A stretch of DNA of 64,000 nucleotides, taken from Burkholderiales bacterium. Its GTDB lineage: Bacteria > Pseudomonadota > Gammaproteobacteria > Burkholderiales > SG8-41. Position 1 is the stretch's first letter; each line of letters begins with the position of its first letter. Positions 1-11,187 of the stretch are shown one piece after another. The notes beneath the pieces were generated by a model that was not told the DNA's origin, searched no databases, and saw nothing but the letters and a program-made list of their open reading frames with translations. The position numbers were made by a program, and so were the translations under genes. The DNA is taken from contig JALHND010000001.1 in assembly GCA_022843705.1 (NCBI GenBank), forward strand, positions 26,762 to 90,761, written 5' to 3'.

Positions 1-180
1 ATCGCACAACCGGACGTGATCGTCGCGGAGCTGGAACTGGCGGGTTTCCAAGGGTTTTCCGTTCTGTGGTGGATTAGCGGCAGAGGCAGGCATGATACTG
101 GAGGCCGCAGCAGGGAACCATGCTGTTGCGCCGGGCTCCAAGCCTTCATAATCCTCTTTGTTTTCCCTCGCGAGCACCTG

Positions 181-840
181 ATGTCCCTGCCCTTTTTCAT
201 CTCCGGATTACTGCTGCTGCAGCTCGCGGGTTGCGCCATGGGCCGCGAGGCGCAATCAACCGAAGCGGTGCCGGAGCCCGCAGCCGTCGCCATCGAACGA
301 CAACCGGCGCCTGCAGTGGAACCGGCACCTGCCGCCCCCCGCTCCGAAGAACCAGGCCCCGCAATCACCGCTCCGTCATCCGCCGCGACGCCACCAATGG
401 TTCCCGAAAAGGCAGCCGCGCCGGTTCCCGCTGCAGCGCCGGCCAAACCTGCGCCCGTCACAGCCGACAAGCCTGCGGCGAAAACACCGGCAAAAACAGC
501 GGCGCCGGCACCGCAACAGAAAGCGGTGGCACCAGCCCAGGCGGCACTGCCAATGGCTCTGACCACGCTGGAGCAGCGGCTGAAGGACACCAATGCCATC
601 GGCCTGTTCACCAAGATCGCGCTGAAGAACCAGGTGGATGACCTGGTCAACCGCGTGCGCGCGCATCATGAAGGCAACGGCGCGACGCTGGTACAGTTGC
701 GCCAGGCCTATGACCAGCTGCTGGCCAAAGTCCACGGCCTGCTGAAGGACGGTGATCCTTCCCTCGCGGGATCCATCATGGCCTCGCGCGAGGCCATCTG
801 GCAGGTCCTGACGGATCCGGTAAAGTTCGCAAAACTCTGA
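181..840 (+). CDS. hypothetical lipoprotein with a Pro/Ala-rich linker
   Basis: Frame of ORF 16..840 trimmed to the ATG at 181, giving MSLPFFISGLLLLQLAGC with lipobox L-A-G-C. A long PA-rich low-complexity linker precedes a helical C-terminal part. No family recognised. Confidence 0.6.
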   Translation: MSLPFFISGLLLLQLAGCAMGREAQSTEAVPEPAAVAIERQPAPAVEPAPAAPRSEEPGPAITAPSSAATPPMVPEKAAAPVPAAAPAKPAPVTADKPAAKTPAKTAAPAPQQKAVAPAQAALPMALTTLEQRLKDTNAIGLFTKIALKNQVDDLVNRVRAHHEGNGATLVQLRQAYDQLLAKVHGLLKDGDPSLAGSIMASREAIWQVLTDPVKFAKL

Positions 841-852
841 ACGGCGGAAACC

Positions 853-1119
853 ATGATCACGATGAACAGACTGACTCTGGGCGCAAGCCTCCTGGCTGTG
901 GCACTCCTGGTGACGGGAAAACCTGCATCCGCAGCGGACGGCAGCAGCGCGCTGGCCAAGGACCTGACGGCGACGATCTCGCTGCTGGGCCTGCCCTGCG
1001 GCCAGGTCGTCAATGTGACGACGCAGGGAAACAACGACCACCTCGCCACCTGCAGCAACGGCAGCCGTTACCGGGTTTATGTCAACGCGCAGGGGCGCGT
1101 GACCGCGGATAAACGCTGA
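853..1119 (+). CDS. small secreted hypothetical protein
   Basis: 88-aa ORF with signal-like N-terminus (NRLTLGASLLAVALLVTGKPASA) and several Cys. Starts 12 nt after the preceding lipoprotein gene. The start could instead be the ATG at 862. Confidence 0.5.
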   Translation: MITMNRLTLGASLLAVALLVTGKPASAADGSSALAKDLTATISLLGLPCGQVVNVTTQGNNDHLATCSNGSRYRVYVNAQGRVTADKR

Positions 1120-1158
1120 AACGCACTGCGCGGGCGGGAACCATGCCCGCGCCACCCG

Positions 1159-1680
1159 TCACTCCGGAATGCCGCCCGTGATCGTGCGCTGCATGATCAC
1201 GGTGTCGAGCCAGCGGCCGAATTTCAGGCCGACATTGCGCAGGATGCCGACCTCGCGGAAGCCGAGCTTGCGGTGCAGCCCTACGGAGGCGCTGTTGCCG
1301 CTGTCGCCGATGATCGCCACCAGCTCACGGTAACCGGCAGCCGCCGAACGCTCGATCACCGCGGACAGAAGAGCATAGCCGGCGCCCTGACCTGCAGCCG
1401 CAGGATCCAGGTAGACCGAATCTTCCGCGGTATGGCGATAGGCCGTGCGCGGACGATAACGCCCGGCATAGGCATAACCGATCACCAAACCTGCCCGCTC
1501 GGCCACCAGGTAAGGCAACCCCGCCGCCAGCACCGCATCACGGCGGCGCTGCATTTCAGCGAGGTCCGGCGGCATCTCCTCAAATGATGCGGTACCGTGC
1601 AGCACATGGTGGGCGTAAATCATCTGCACGCACGTCATGTCCGCGGTTTCGGCGGGTCGAACCCTGATTTTGATATCCAT
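1159..1680 (-). CDS. GNAT family N-acetyltransferase (phosphinothricin/methionine-sulfoximine acetyltransferase-like)
   Basis: ORF 1159..1809 trimmed to the ATG at 1680 (MDIKIRVRPAETAD...). GNAT core ...VYLDPAAAGQGAGYALLSAVIERSAAAGYRELVAIIG..., similar to PAT-type acetyltransferases. Confidence 0.8.
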   Translation of the reverse strand: MDIKIRVRPAETADMTCVQMIYAHHVLHGTASFEEMPPDLAEMQRRRDAVLAAGLPYLVAERAGLVIGYAYAGRYRPRTAYRHTAEDSVYLDPAAAGQGAGYALLSAVIERSAAAGYRELVAIIGDSGNSASVGLHRKLGFREVGILRNVGLKFGRWLDTVIMQRTITGGIPE

Positions 1681-1849
1681 CTGCACTCCAAGTGCCTGGC
1701 AGCGCATGTCCGGCGCCACCGGCGAAAGATTACACCAGGCGCAACAGGCCTGTATCCCGCAAAAGTCCACACTCCATGCATGCAAATTGACTCGGTGAAG
1801 TCCATTCATCTACGCTCGACCGCTCACCATGTGACCGACGGGAAACACC

Positions 1850-3106
1850 ATGCCTGACACCGCCCCTTCTGCCGACAAACCGCTGTCCTCCGCCGACCGC
1901 ACCACTCCCCAGTTGACCAGCGCCACGGCGCCGCCGGCGCTGCGGCTGATGCTGGCCCTGGAAGATTTCGAGGCACCGGCACGGCGCTACATCCCGCGAC
2001 CGATCTACGGCTATGTCTCGGGCGGAGTGGAGCGCAATGTCACATTGAACTGGAACCGCTCGGCTTTTGACGACCTGGCGCTGCTGCCGCGGATGCTGGT
2101 CAATGTGTCACAGCGATCCCAGAAAACCGAGCTGTTCGGCCGCAGCTACGATTCACCTTTTGGCATCTCGCCGATGGGCGGCACCTCGCTCGCGGCTTTC
2201 GACGGCGACCTCGCGCTGGCGCGCGCCGCGGCGGCGCGCAATGTGCCGATGATCCTCAGCGGCGCCTCGCTGACCGCCCTCGAAAAAGTGCGCGAAACCT
2301 CGCCGCGGCATACCTGGTTCCAGGCCTATCTGCCGGGCGAGGAGCAGGCGATCACCGAACTCGTGGAACGCGTGGCAAAGGCGGGTTACGACACGCTGGT
2401 GCTGACCGTGGACATCCCCGTCGGCGCCAATCGCGAAAACAACGTGCGCAACGGCTACAACGCCCCGCTGCGGCCAAGCCTGCGGCTCGCATTGCAGTGC
2501 CTGGCACGTCCACGCTGGCTCATCGGCACGGCGCTGCGCACCTACTTCACCCACGGCATGCCGCATTTCGAGAACATGGGCAAACGCACGCCGCTGGTGT
2601 CGCGCACCGCGGTGCGCGAGCGCGCCAATCGCGACCACCTGAACTGGCAGCATTTCGCGCTGATGCGCCGGCTGTGGAAAGGCAAACTGGTGATCAAGGG
2701 CATCCTGGCGAAAGAAGACGCGGTGATCGCACGCGAGCAGGGCGCCGACGGCATCATCGTGTCCAATCACGGCGGCCGCCAGCTCGATTCAGCCAGCTCG
2801 CCGCTGCGCGTGCTGCCCGGCATCGTCGAGGCGGCGGGCGGCATGACGGTGATGATGGACAGCGGCATCCGCCGCGGCACCGACGTCCTGAAAGCACTGG
2901 CACTGGGGGCAAAGTTCGTTTTTGTCGGCCGGCCCATGCTCTACGCCGCCGCGGTCGCCGGCGAAACCGGCGTTCGCCATGCGATCCGGCTGCTGCACGA
3001 CGAAATCGACCGCGACATGGCCATGCTGGGTGCCAACACCATTGCCGAAATCAGCCGCGGCATGTTGATGGACACGCGCAGCCCCGACATTTACGGCCTG
3101 CGCTGA
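1850..3106 (+). CDS. FMN-dependent alpha-hydroxy acid dehydrogenase (L-lactate/glycolate/mandelate dehydrogenase family)
   Basis: 418-aa ORF with family hallmarks: LEDFEAPARRYIP..YGYVSGG, TVD.PV.G.RE, GADGIIVSNHGGRQLD, DSGIRRGTDVLKALALGA. Confidence 0.85.
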   Translation: MPDTAPSADKPLSSADRTTPQLTSATAPPALRLMLALEDFEAPARRYIPRPIYGYVSGGVERNVTLNWNRSAFDDLALLPRMLVNVSQRSQKTELFGRSYDSPFGISPMGGTSLAAFDGDLALARAAAARNVPMILSGASLTALEKVRETSPRHTWFQAYLPGEEQAITELVERVAKAGYDTLVLTVDIPVGANRENNVRNGYNAPLRPSLRLALQCLARPRWLIGTALRTYFTHGMPHFENMGKRTPLVSRTAVRERANRDHLNWQHFALMRRLWKGKLVIKGILAKEDAVIAREQGADGIIVSNHGGRQLDSASSPLRVLPGIVEAAGGMTVMMDSGIRRGTDVLKALALGAKFVFVGRPMLYAAAVAGETGVRHAIRLLHDEIDRDMAMLGANTIAEISRGMLMDTRSPDIYGLR

Positions 3107-3332
3107 ACGGCATCCCGCACGGCGGCAAATCCGGCGACGCCGGACATTGCCGCCCGTCGCGGCAGATCGACCGCAGGACGCATGCGCCTGCAGCAGTGCC
3201 CCCTTGCACACCGTAAATTCCTTGCGCTGACCTCATTTCCGGCACTGATTGCCCCGGTTTTCGGATAAATCTGCCCGAAAACACTGCCGATTCCATTTAC
3301 TGGAACAAAAAATAAACGTTTGTCATTTTTAA

Positions 3333-3362
3333 TTGCCATCACTCCGTCACGCGTCCTAGAAT
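3333..3362 (+). promoter_or_regulatory. candidate sigma70 promoter for the OmpA-like gene (TTGCCA-18 nt-TAGAAT)
   Basis: TTGCCA at 3333-3338 and TAGAAT at 3357-3362 with an 18-nt spacer, about 65 nt upstream of the ATG at 3428, preceded by an AT-rich tract. Confidence 0.3.
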
Positions 3363-3427
3363 CACCCAGGACGGGAAGGCCCACGCCGAACCGGCGCATT
3401 CAAACAATTCCAACGGAGGAGAGCACG

Positions 3428-3928
3428 ATGAAAATGATGTCTTTGGGAGCCGCGGGTCTGGCGGCGCTGCTGGCCGGTTGCGCCGCCAGTCCGGAGCTGG
3501 TGAGCTGCCTGCAGCCGAACCGCCGGGTTGCGGTCGAGATCACCGGCAGCAAGGTGAAGCCGCCGGCAAAACCGGGTGCCAAGCCCGGGCGCGACAATGT
3601 GATGCTGAAGGCAATGGCCCAGGGCGACAGCGCTTTCGATGCCAACAGCGCAGTGCTGAAAGCCGGCGGACAGGCTGAACTCGACAAAATCGTCGGCGCC
3701 ATCCAGAACGGCAACAAGAAGGACCCGCGCCCGGTCAACGTCGGCTCGATCATCATCACCGGACACAGCGACCGCCTCGAAGCCGAATCCAGCGCCGGCC
3801 TCGACGAGCAGCGTGCCAAGGCAGTTCAGGTCTATCTCGCCAGCAAGGGGCTCGACCCGAAGCTGATGTTCTGGGAAGGCAAGGATGCGCGCGAGCCGAT
3901 GGCCGTGACCAAATTCTGCGCCGACTGA
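3428..3928 (+). CDS. OmpA-family (OmpA_C-like) lipoprotein
   Basis: ORF 3320..3928 trimmed to the ATG at 3428, which follows GGAGGAG. N-terminus MKMMSLGAAGLAALLAGC has a lipobox. C-terminal OmpA-like motif ITGHSDRLE...LDEQRAKAVQVYLASKG. Confidence 0.8.
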   Translation: MKMMSLGAAGLAALLAGCAASPELVSCLQPNRRVAVEITGSKVKPPAKPGAKPGRDNVMLKAMAQGDSAFDANSAVLKAGGQAELDKIVGAIQNGNKKDPRPVNVGSIIITGHSDRLEAESSAGLDEQRAKAVQVYLASKGLDPKLMFWEGKDAREPMAVTKFCAD

Positions 3929-3955
3929 AAACGACATCCCCTGGAGGAGCGTTTA

Positions 3956-3979
3956 CCCCGCTGCGGCGGGGTTTTTTTT
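3956..3979 (+). terminator. rho-independent terminator after the OmpA-like gene
   Basis: CCCCGC-TGCG-GCGGGG hairpin (3956-3971) followed directly by T8 (3972-3979). Confidence 0.75.
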
Positions 3980-3998
3980 CGCCTGTCCTGCCGCCCGT

Positions 3999-4895
3999 TC
4001 AGACCGGCAGCGGGATACCTTCCTGTTCACAGCTGTTCGCGATGTCGCTGACGGTGACGCGGCGCATGTCACGCACCCAGCGCAGGTCGTCGAATTCGGT
4101 GCCGCGATGCATCGTGCAGCGGTTGTCCCACATCACCAGCTCATGCGGGCGCCAGCGATGGGTGTAGACGAACTGGCGCTGGGTGACATGGGCAATCAGC
4201 CCATCAATCAATGCGCGGCCTTCCGCATCCGGCATGCCCCAGATCCTTCCCGCATGCGAGGCCACGAACAGCGACTTGCGGCCGTTCTGCGGGATGGTCC
4301 GCACCAGCACCTGCGGCACCGGCGGCAGGCGTTTCTGCTCCTCTTCGGTGAACTCGTAAAAGCCGTTACGACGCCGCGAGGTCGCAATCCAGTGCTCGAC
4401 GACCAGTCCCTGCAGCCTCTGCTTCATCGCAGCCGGCAATGCGTCGTAGGCCGCGCGCTGGTCGGCAAATTCGGTGTGGCCGCCGACCGGCGCCACCGTT
4501 TCGGCATACAGCAGCGAGCAGATGCTGGGCAGGCGCTTGAACGAACTGTCGGTATGCCACAGCCGGTTGCCGGCCTTGTACATGCGCTGGCGGCTGGTTT
4601 CCCCCCAGATCCTGCCATCGGCCGACAGATTGGAGATGTCGGAAAACGCGCCGCCGAAACGCGAGGGCGTCGCCTTGGGATCGAGCGTGCGCTCGTTCTC
4701 GATCGGACCGAAGTGCGACGCGAAGGCCAGCTGCTGTTCCTGGTCCAGATGCTGCTGCGGAAACACCAGCACGGCGTATTTCCAGAACGCCTCCCTGATC
4801 GCCGCAAGATCGGCGGCGGACAGTGGTTTCGACAGGTCGACATCGCCGACCTCGGCGGCAAAGTCCGGCGTCACCGGACAGACGGTAATACCCAT
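3999..4895 (-). CDS. TauD/TfdA family Fe(II)/2-oxoglutarate-dependent dioxygenase
   Basis: ORF 3999..4946 trimmed to the ATG at 4895, preceded by GAAGGAGGAG. Contains WHTDSSF (HxD iron ligands) and a distal ...WDNRCTMHRG motif typical of TfdA/TauD. Confidence 0.85.
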   Translation of the reverse strand: MGITVCPVTPDFAAEVGDVDLSKPLSAADLAAIREAFWKYAVLVFPQQHLDQEQQLAFASHFGPIENERTLDPKATPSRFGGAFSDISNLSADGRIWGETSRQRMYKAGNRLWHTDSSFKRLPSICSLLYAETVAPVGGHTEFADQRAAYDALPAAMKQRLQGLVVEHWIATSRRRNGFYEFTEEEQKRLPPVPQVLVRTIPQNGRKSLFVASHAGRIWGMPDAEGRALIDGLIAHVTQRQFVYTHRWRPHELVMWDNRCTMHRGTEFDDLRWVRDMRRVTVSDIANSCEQEGIPLPV

Positions 4896-5042
4896 ATGTT
4901 CTCCTCCTTCTGCCTGCGGCTCGTCTCCGCGGCACACGGCCAACATACACGCATCGACACGCGCACGGCAGTGGTTTTCCGGATTATGGCGCCGGCCGGC
5001 GGCGTATCATGCCGATGAGTCCAGAGGATCGGGAGAAACGGC

Positions 5043-5339
5043 ATGGCAAAAGCTTATTGGGTGGTCAGTTACCGGGCCATACACGATGCGGAAGCCTTCA
5101 GGCGTTACGCCGCGGTGGCACCTGCCGCCATCCAGGCGCATGGCGGCCGCTTCCTGGTGCGCGGCATGGCGGCGAAAGTCCACGAGGCCGGCATCCTGCA
5201 GCGGGTGGTGGTCATCGAGTTCGACAACCTTGCGCAGGCCCTGTCGGCCCACGACACGCCGGCCTACCAGGCGGCGCTGAAGGAACTCGCCGGCGGTGCG
5301 GTGGAGCGCGATCTGCGCATCGTCGAGGGCCTGGCCTGA
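5043..5339 (+). CDS. DUF1330 domain protein
   Basis: 98-aa ORF MAKAYWVVSYRAIHDAEAFRRYA...GGRFLVRG...VVIEF, a pattern typical of DUF1330. Confidence 0.75.
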   Translation: MAKAYWVVSYRAIHDAEAFRRYAAVAPAAIQAHGGRFLVRGMAAKVHEAGILQRVVVIEFDNLAQALSAHDTPAYQAALKELAGGAVERDLRIVEGLA

Positions 5340-5352
5340 CGGCCACCTGCAC

Positions 5353-7158
<1,806 letters not shown>

Positions 7159-7249
7159 CTGTGCAGCAACGCCTCCGGGCGGATCCGGATGACCCGCCGA
7201 AGGAATTACAATTTAATGTTTATAATCAAATACTTATTGAGAATTGCCG

Positions 7250-8263
7250 TCAGCCTGCGCGGCTGCGTCCGGCAAGCCTGCGCAGTTCGGCATGCATAAC
7301 ATCGGTAACGGCAATGCCGCCGGCCTGCGCCTGCGCAAGCGCGGCCTGCCGCCGTGTGCCGGGCAGGCGCACGCCATCATCGGCAAGCATGCCCGCAACC
7401 ATGTCCTCGATGCGCGAGTAATAAACCTCCGCACCCGCCAGCGCCTGCGGATCAATCGCAATCAGCGCATGGCCGATGCGCGGCTTGTTGCCGGGTTCGA
7501 AGTACGAATCGTTTTCCACGCTCAAGGCCGCGCCGGTCAGCGCGACGCACAGTGCCTCGACCATCAGCGCCAGCGCAGCACCCTTGACGCCGCCGATCGC
7601 GGTCAGGCTGCCGGTCAGCGCCGCCTGCGCGCTGGTCGTCGGATTGCCGTCGCGGTCGACCGCCCAGCCCGGCGGTATCGGTTTGCCTTCCTTCGCCATC
7701 AGCATGATCTTGCCGCGGGTCACTTCGGTCAGCGACAGGTCAACGACGATCGGCGCGGCGTCCCTGCGCGGAAAAATCGCGGCAATCGGATTGGTGCCGA
7801 AATACGCCCGCTTGCCGCCCCAGGCATTGATCGCCGCCGGCGAATTGGTCAGCGCAATGCCGGTCATGCCGGCCGCGGCGAGCGGCGCAAGGTGGTAGGC
7901 CGCGGCGCCGAAGTGATGACTGTTGGTGACGCCGGCAAAAGCGATGCCGTAACGCCGCGCGCGTTTGACCACTTCGGTCACCGCCAGCGCCGCCGCCGGA
8001 AACGCCAGTCCGCCGCCGGCATCGATCAGGCAGGTCGCCCCCTGCTTGCGCACAATCTTCGGTTTCGCCTTGCCGCTGGCGCGCCCCTCGCGCAGGTGCT
8101 GCGCGTAAAGCGCGACGCGGGACAGGCCGTGGCCGGAGAGGCCTTCGGCTTCGGCCACCACCAGCGCATCAGCCGTGGACTGTGCCATCGACTTCGACGC
8201 GCCGGCGCGTTTCAGCGCCCGCGTGACCAGGTCGGCGAGTTCGGCGGTCGTCAGTGTCGGCAT
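7250..8263 (-). CDS. Ldh2-family (malate/L-lactate/sulfolactate dehydrogenase type 2) oxidoreductase
   Basis: ORF 7250..8323 trimmed to the ATG at 8263 (MPTLTTAELADL...), 10 nt below the upstream gene stop. Family motifs: GHGLSRV, VTNSHHFGAAAYH, GTNPIA, GGVKG. Confidence 0.8.
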   Translation of the reverse strand: MPTLTTAELADLVTRALKRAGASKSMAQSTADALVVAEAEGLSGHGLSRVALYAQHLREGRASGKAKPKIVRKQGATCLIDAGGGLAFPAAALAVTEVVKRARRYGIAFAGVTNSHHFGAAAYHLAPLAAAGMTGIALTNSPAAINAWGGKRAYFGTNPIAAIFPRRDAAPIVVDLSLTEVTRGKIMLMAKEGKPIPPGWAVDRDGNPTTSAQAALTGSLTAIGGVKGAALALMVEALCVALTGAALSVENDSYFEPGNKPRIGHALIAIDPQALAGAEVYYSRIEDMVAGMLADDGVRLPGTRRQAALAQAQAGGIAVTDVMHAELRRLAGRSRAG

Positions 8264-8273
8264 CGCGGCACTC

Positions 8274-9260
8274 TCAGTCCACAGTGGTACCGGACTGTTT
8301 CGCAACTTCAGCCCACTTCGCAAGCTCCGAGCGGAAAAACGCGGAAAACTCGGCTGGCGTGTTGCCGCTGGGTTCGGCGCCCTCGGCCCGGATCCGCTTC
8401 ACCACCTCCGGCGACTTGACTGCCGCAACCCACTCCCGGTAGAGCTTGTCCTGCACCGGCTGCGGCGTCTTGACGGGCACCAGCAGGCCGTTCCATTGCA
8501 GCGCAAGGTGATCCTTGACGCCGGCCTCGATCATCGTCGGCACCTCGGGTGCCACCGCAGAACGCACCTTGTCGGCCACGCCGAGCCCGCGCAGGCGGTT
8601 GTTGCGGATGTGCGGCGCCGCCACCGGCATCACCACAAAAGCCACCTGCGATTCACCGGTCAGCAGCGCCACCGAAGCGGGTGCCGCGCCCTTGTACGGC
8701 AGGTGGGTGATGCGGGTGCCGGTTTTGACCCGCAGCATTTCCATCGCCATGTGCGACATCGTGCCGGTTCCCGCCGACGAATAATCGAGCGAGTTGGGCT
8801 TGGCCTTTGCCAGCACCACCAGGTCCTTGACGGTTTTCACCGGCAGTGCAGGGTGGGCCACCAGCGCGAAGGGATAGGAAGAAGCCATCGATATCGCGGC
8901 AAAGTCGTTGACGGGATCGTAGCTCAGCTTCTTGTAGATTGCGGGGCTGATCGAGATCGACGAATTGGCGAAAAACACCGTGTAGCCGTCGCCCGGTGCC
9001 TTGGCCACGATGTCGGCGGCAATGTTGCCGCTGGCGCCGGCCCGGTTGTCGACGATCACCTGCTGGCCGAGCTGCTGCGAGAATTTCTGCGCGATGATGC
9101 GCGCCACCAGGTCGCTGCCGCCGCCCGCGGGGAACGGCAGCACCATGCGGATCGCCCTCGCCGGAAACTCCTGTGCAGCCGCCGGCACCGCGCCCGCGGC
9201 AACCGCCATCACGGCACAGAAACCGTGCAACAGAATATTGAATCGGGCAGCCATGGCCAC
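8274..9260 (-). CDS. Bug/TctC-family tripartite tricarboxylate transporter substrate-binding protein
   Basis: 328 aa with a signal peptide, then FPARAIRMVLPFPAGGGSDLVARIIAQKFSQQLGQQVIVDNRAGASGNI, the canonical Bug/TctC N-terminal pattern. Confidence 0.85.
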   Translation of the reverse strand: MAMAARFNILLHGFCAVMAVAAGAVPAAAQEFPARAIRMVLPFPAGGGSDLVARIIAQKFSQQLGQQVIVDNRAGASGNIAADIVAKAPGDGYTVFFANSSISISPAIYKKLSYDPVNDFAAISMASSYPFALVAHPALPVKTVKDLVVLAKAKPNSLDYSSAGTGTMSHMAMEMLRVKTGTRITHLPYKGAAPASVALLTGESQVAFVVMPVAAPHIRNNRLRGLGVADKVRSAVAPEVPTMIEAGVKDHLALQWNGLLVPVKTPQPVQDKLYREWVAAVKSPEVVKRIRAEGAEPSGNTPAEFSAFFRSELAKWAEVAKQSGTTVD

Positions 9261-9357
9261 TCCTCCCTGGTTATATGTGGAAATCCGGAACAGGATGCTC
9301 GCGGACCGGCAGTCTCGCCTGCCGGCGCGGAAAAATCAAACGCCGGCGGCCCCGGGG

Positions 9358-11073
9358 TCAGGCCGGTGTCAGCAGCGACTGCCCCGGTTTGACACGGGTG
9401 AAATGCACCGGCCGCGTTTCGCTGCTGAAACGCCCTTCACGCCAGCCGACACAGGTGTAGCGTGAGTTCTCGAGGTCGCGCACGTCGGGAAAGTCGGCGC
9501 GGAAATGCGAGCCGCGCGAGTCCTCGCGCGCCATCGCGGCAAACCGGATCGACTTCGACACCAGCACCAGGTTTTTCAGGTTCAGCCAGTCGTGCCAGGT
9601 CAGGTTGAAGGCCAGCGTTGAGCCGTCGACACCGGTCGCATCAAGCCGCGCATCAAGCTCGTTGAGCTGATCTTCGGCGCGAACCAGCGATGCAGCATCG
9701 CGGACGATACCGACGTCATCCCACATCACGTTGTAGAGTTCCTCGCGGATCGAGTTGATGTCGCCGCCCTTGCGTGTCAGCGGCGCACGGCAACGCGCCA
9801 CCGCGGCATCAATCGAGTCCTGGTCGGGGGCGCGGAATTCGCCGTGGGCCTTGACCCAGCCCGGCATCACGTCACCGGCAATGCCGCCGAACACCGTTGA
9901 ATTGGCCACGCCGTTGCCGCCGAGGCGGTTGGCGCCGTGCACCCCGCCGGAATCCTCGCCGGCGACGAACAGTCCCGGCAGATCAGTGCTGCAATCCGTT
10001 TTGAACACCACGCCGCCCATCATGTAGTGTGCGGTGGGCACCACGTCGACCAGGCCGCCGACCAGGTCAAAACCGCAGTCGGCGCAGCGTTCGACCATGC
10101 CCTTGAATTCCTTGCGCACCATCACCGGATCGAGGTGTTTCATCGTGATGTAGAGGCCGCCGTTCTTGTTGACACGTCCGGCGCGCATTTCCTCGTACAT
10201 GCCGCGGCTGACGATGTCGCGGGTGGCGCGCTCGTTGCGCGGGTCATAGTTGTGCATGAAGCGCTCGCCGGCGCCGTTCAGCAGGTAACCGCCGGCGCCG
10301 CGCAGGCCTTCCTCGATGATGGTGCCGGTGATGCGGGTGTCGGAACCGGCAATCAGGCCGGTCGGGTGAAACTGCACCATTTCCATGTCGCGCAGCATCA
10401 GGCCGCCGCGCAGCGCCATCGCCATGCCGTCGCAGCTCTTGTCGCCGCTGGGCGTGTGGAATTTGTACATCGTCGGTCCGCCGCCGGTGGCCAGCAGCAC
10501 CGCCTGTGCCTGCACGAACACGAATTCGCCGCTGCGCATGTCGATCATCAGCACGCCGGAGATCGCATCACCGGTCTTGTTGCGGATGAACTCCACGGCC
10601 CGGTGCTCTTCCAGCCGGTCGATGCCGCGCGCCCACACCTGTTCGGCGAGCCGGTTGATGATCTCGATGCCGGTGAGGTCGCCCTTGTGCACCGTGCGGT
10701 CGAAGGTCTGACCGGCAAATGCCTTCTGGTGGATGGTACCGTCGGGGTTGCGGTCGAAGAAGCAGCCGAGCTCGTTCTCGAGCTCGTGGATGCGCTCCAC
10801 CGCAGTCTCGACCAGCGTCCACGCCAGGTCCTGGTCGGGCAGCCATTTGCCGCCCTCGATGGTGTCCATGAAATGGCGCTCGACCGAATCGCCGGCGGCG
10901 AGCGCGACGTTGTAGCCGCCCTGCACCATGCGCGTGCAGCCGGTCTTGCCGAGCAGCCCCTTCACCGCGACGGTGATCTTCAGTTGCGGGTTGTGCTGGT
11001 GGGCGTGCAACGCGGCAAAAAGTCCGGCGCCGCCGGAGCCGAGAATCAGGATGTCGGTTTTGATGGTTTGCAT
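9358..11073 (-). CDS. FAD-binding succinate dehydrogenase/fumarate reductase flavoprotein-like subunit (non-covalent-FAD type)
   Basis: 571 aa. Dinucleotide fold DILILGSGGAGLFAAL, catalytic MVQFHPTG and EEGLRGAGGYLLN. The position of the SdhA/FrdA covalent-FAD His (RSHTVxAQGG) reads GCTRMVQGG. Confidence 0.85.
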   Translation of the reverse strand: MQTIKTDILILGSGGAGLFAALHAHQHNPQLKITVAVKGLLGKTGCTRMVQGGYNVALAAGDSVERHFMDTIEGGKWLPDQDLAWTLVETAVERIHELENELGCFFDRNPDGTIHQKAFAGQTFDRTVHKGDLTGIEIINRLAEQVWARGIDRLEEHRAVEFIRNKTGDAISGVLMIDMRSGEFVFVQAQAVLLATGGGPTMYKFHTPSGDKSCDGMAMALRGGLMLRDMEMVQFHPTGLIAGSDTRITGTIIEEGLRGAGGYLLNGAGERFMHNYDPRNERATRDIVSRGMYEEMRAGRVNKNGGLYITMKHLDPVMVRKEFKGMVERCADCGFDLVGGLVDVVPTAHYMMGGVVFKTDCSTDLPGLFVAGEDSGGVHGANRLGGNGVANSTVFGGIAGDVMPGWVKAHGEFRAPDQDSIDAAVARCRAPLTRKGGDINSIREELYNVMWDDVGIVRDAASLVRAEDQLNELDARLDATGVDGSTLAFNLTWHDWLNLKNLVLVSKSIRFAAMAREDSRGSHFRADFPDVRDLENSRYTCVGWREGRFSSETRPVHFTRVKPGQSLLTPA

Positions 11074-11088
11074 AAAATCAGAGACCTT

Positions 11089-11170
11089 GCCACAGAGAAC
11101 ACAGAGTTCACAGAGAACAGCAAAAACGGGGGTGCCGGTTTTCCTCTGTGCTCTCTGCGCCCTCTGTGGC
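11089..11170. repeat. REP-like imperfect palindrome built from CACAGAG / CTCTGTG heptamers
   Basis: Left arm gccacagagaacacagagttcacagagaaca, right arm cctctgtgctctctgcgccctctgtggc. Terminal 9 bp are perfectly complementary. Lies in the 114-nt gap between the ttdB-like and frdA-like genes. Confidence 0.6.
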
Positions 11171-11187
11171 TAAAAGGGTTGTGGGTT

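Noticed and set aside
1-93. Possible minus-strand gene start (MPASAANPPQNGKPLETRQFQLRDDHVRLCD...) running off the 5' edge
   Set aside because: Only 31 codons are visible, there is no Shine-Dalgarno sequence, third-position G/C is moderate, and no motif is recognisable. It cannot be supported from the window alone.
3110-3160. GGCGGCAA...TTGCCGCC nested hairpin after the hydroxy-acid dehydrogenase gene
   Set aside because: No adjacent T tract, so I cannot tell a terminator from chance GC-rich self-complementarity.
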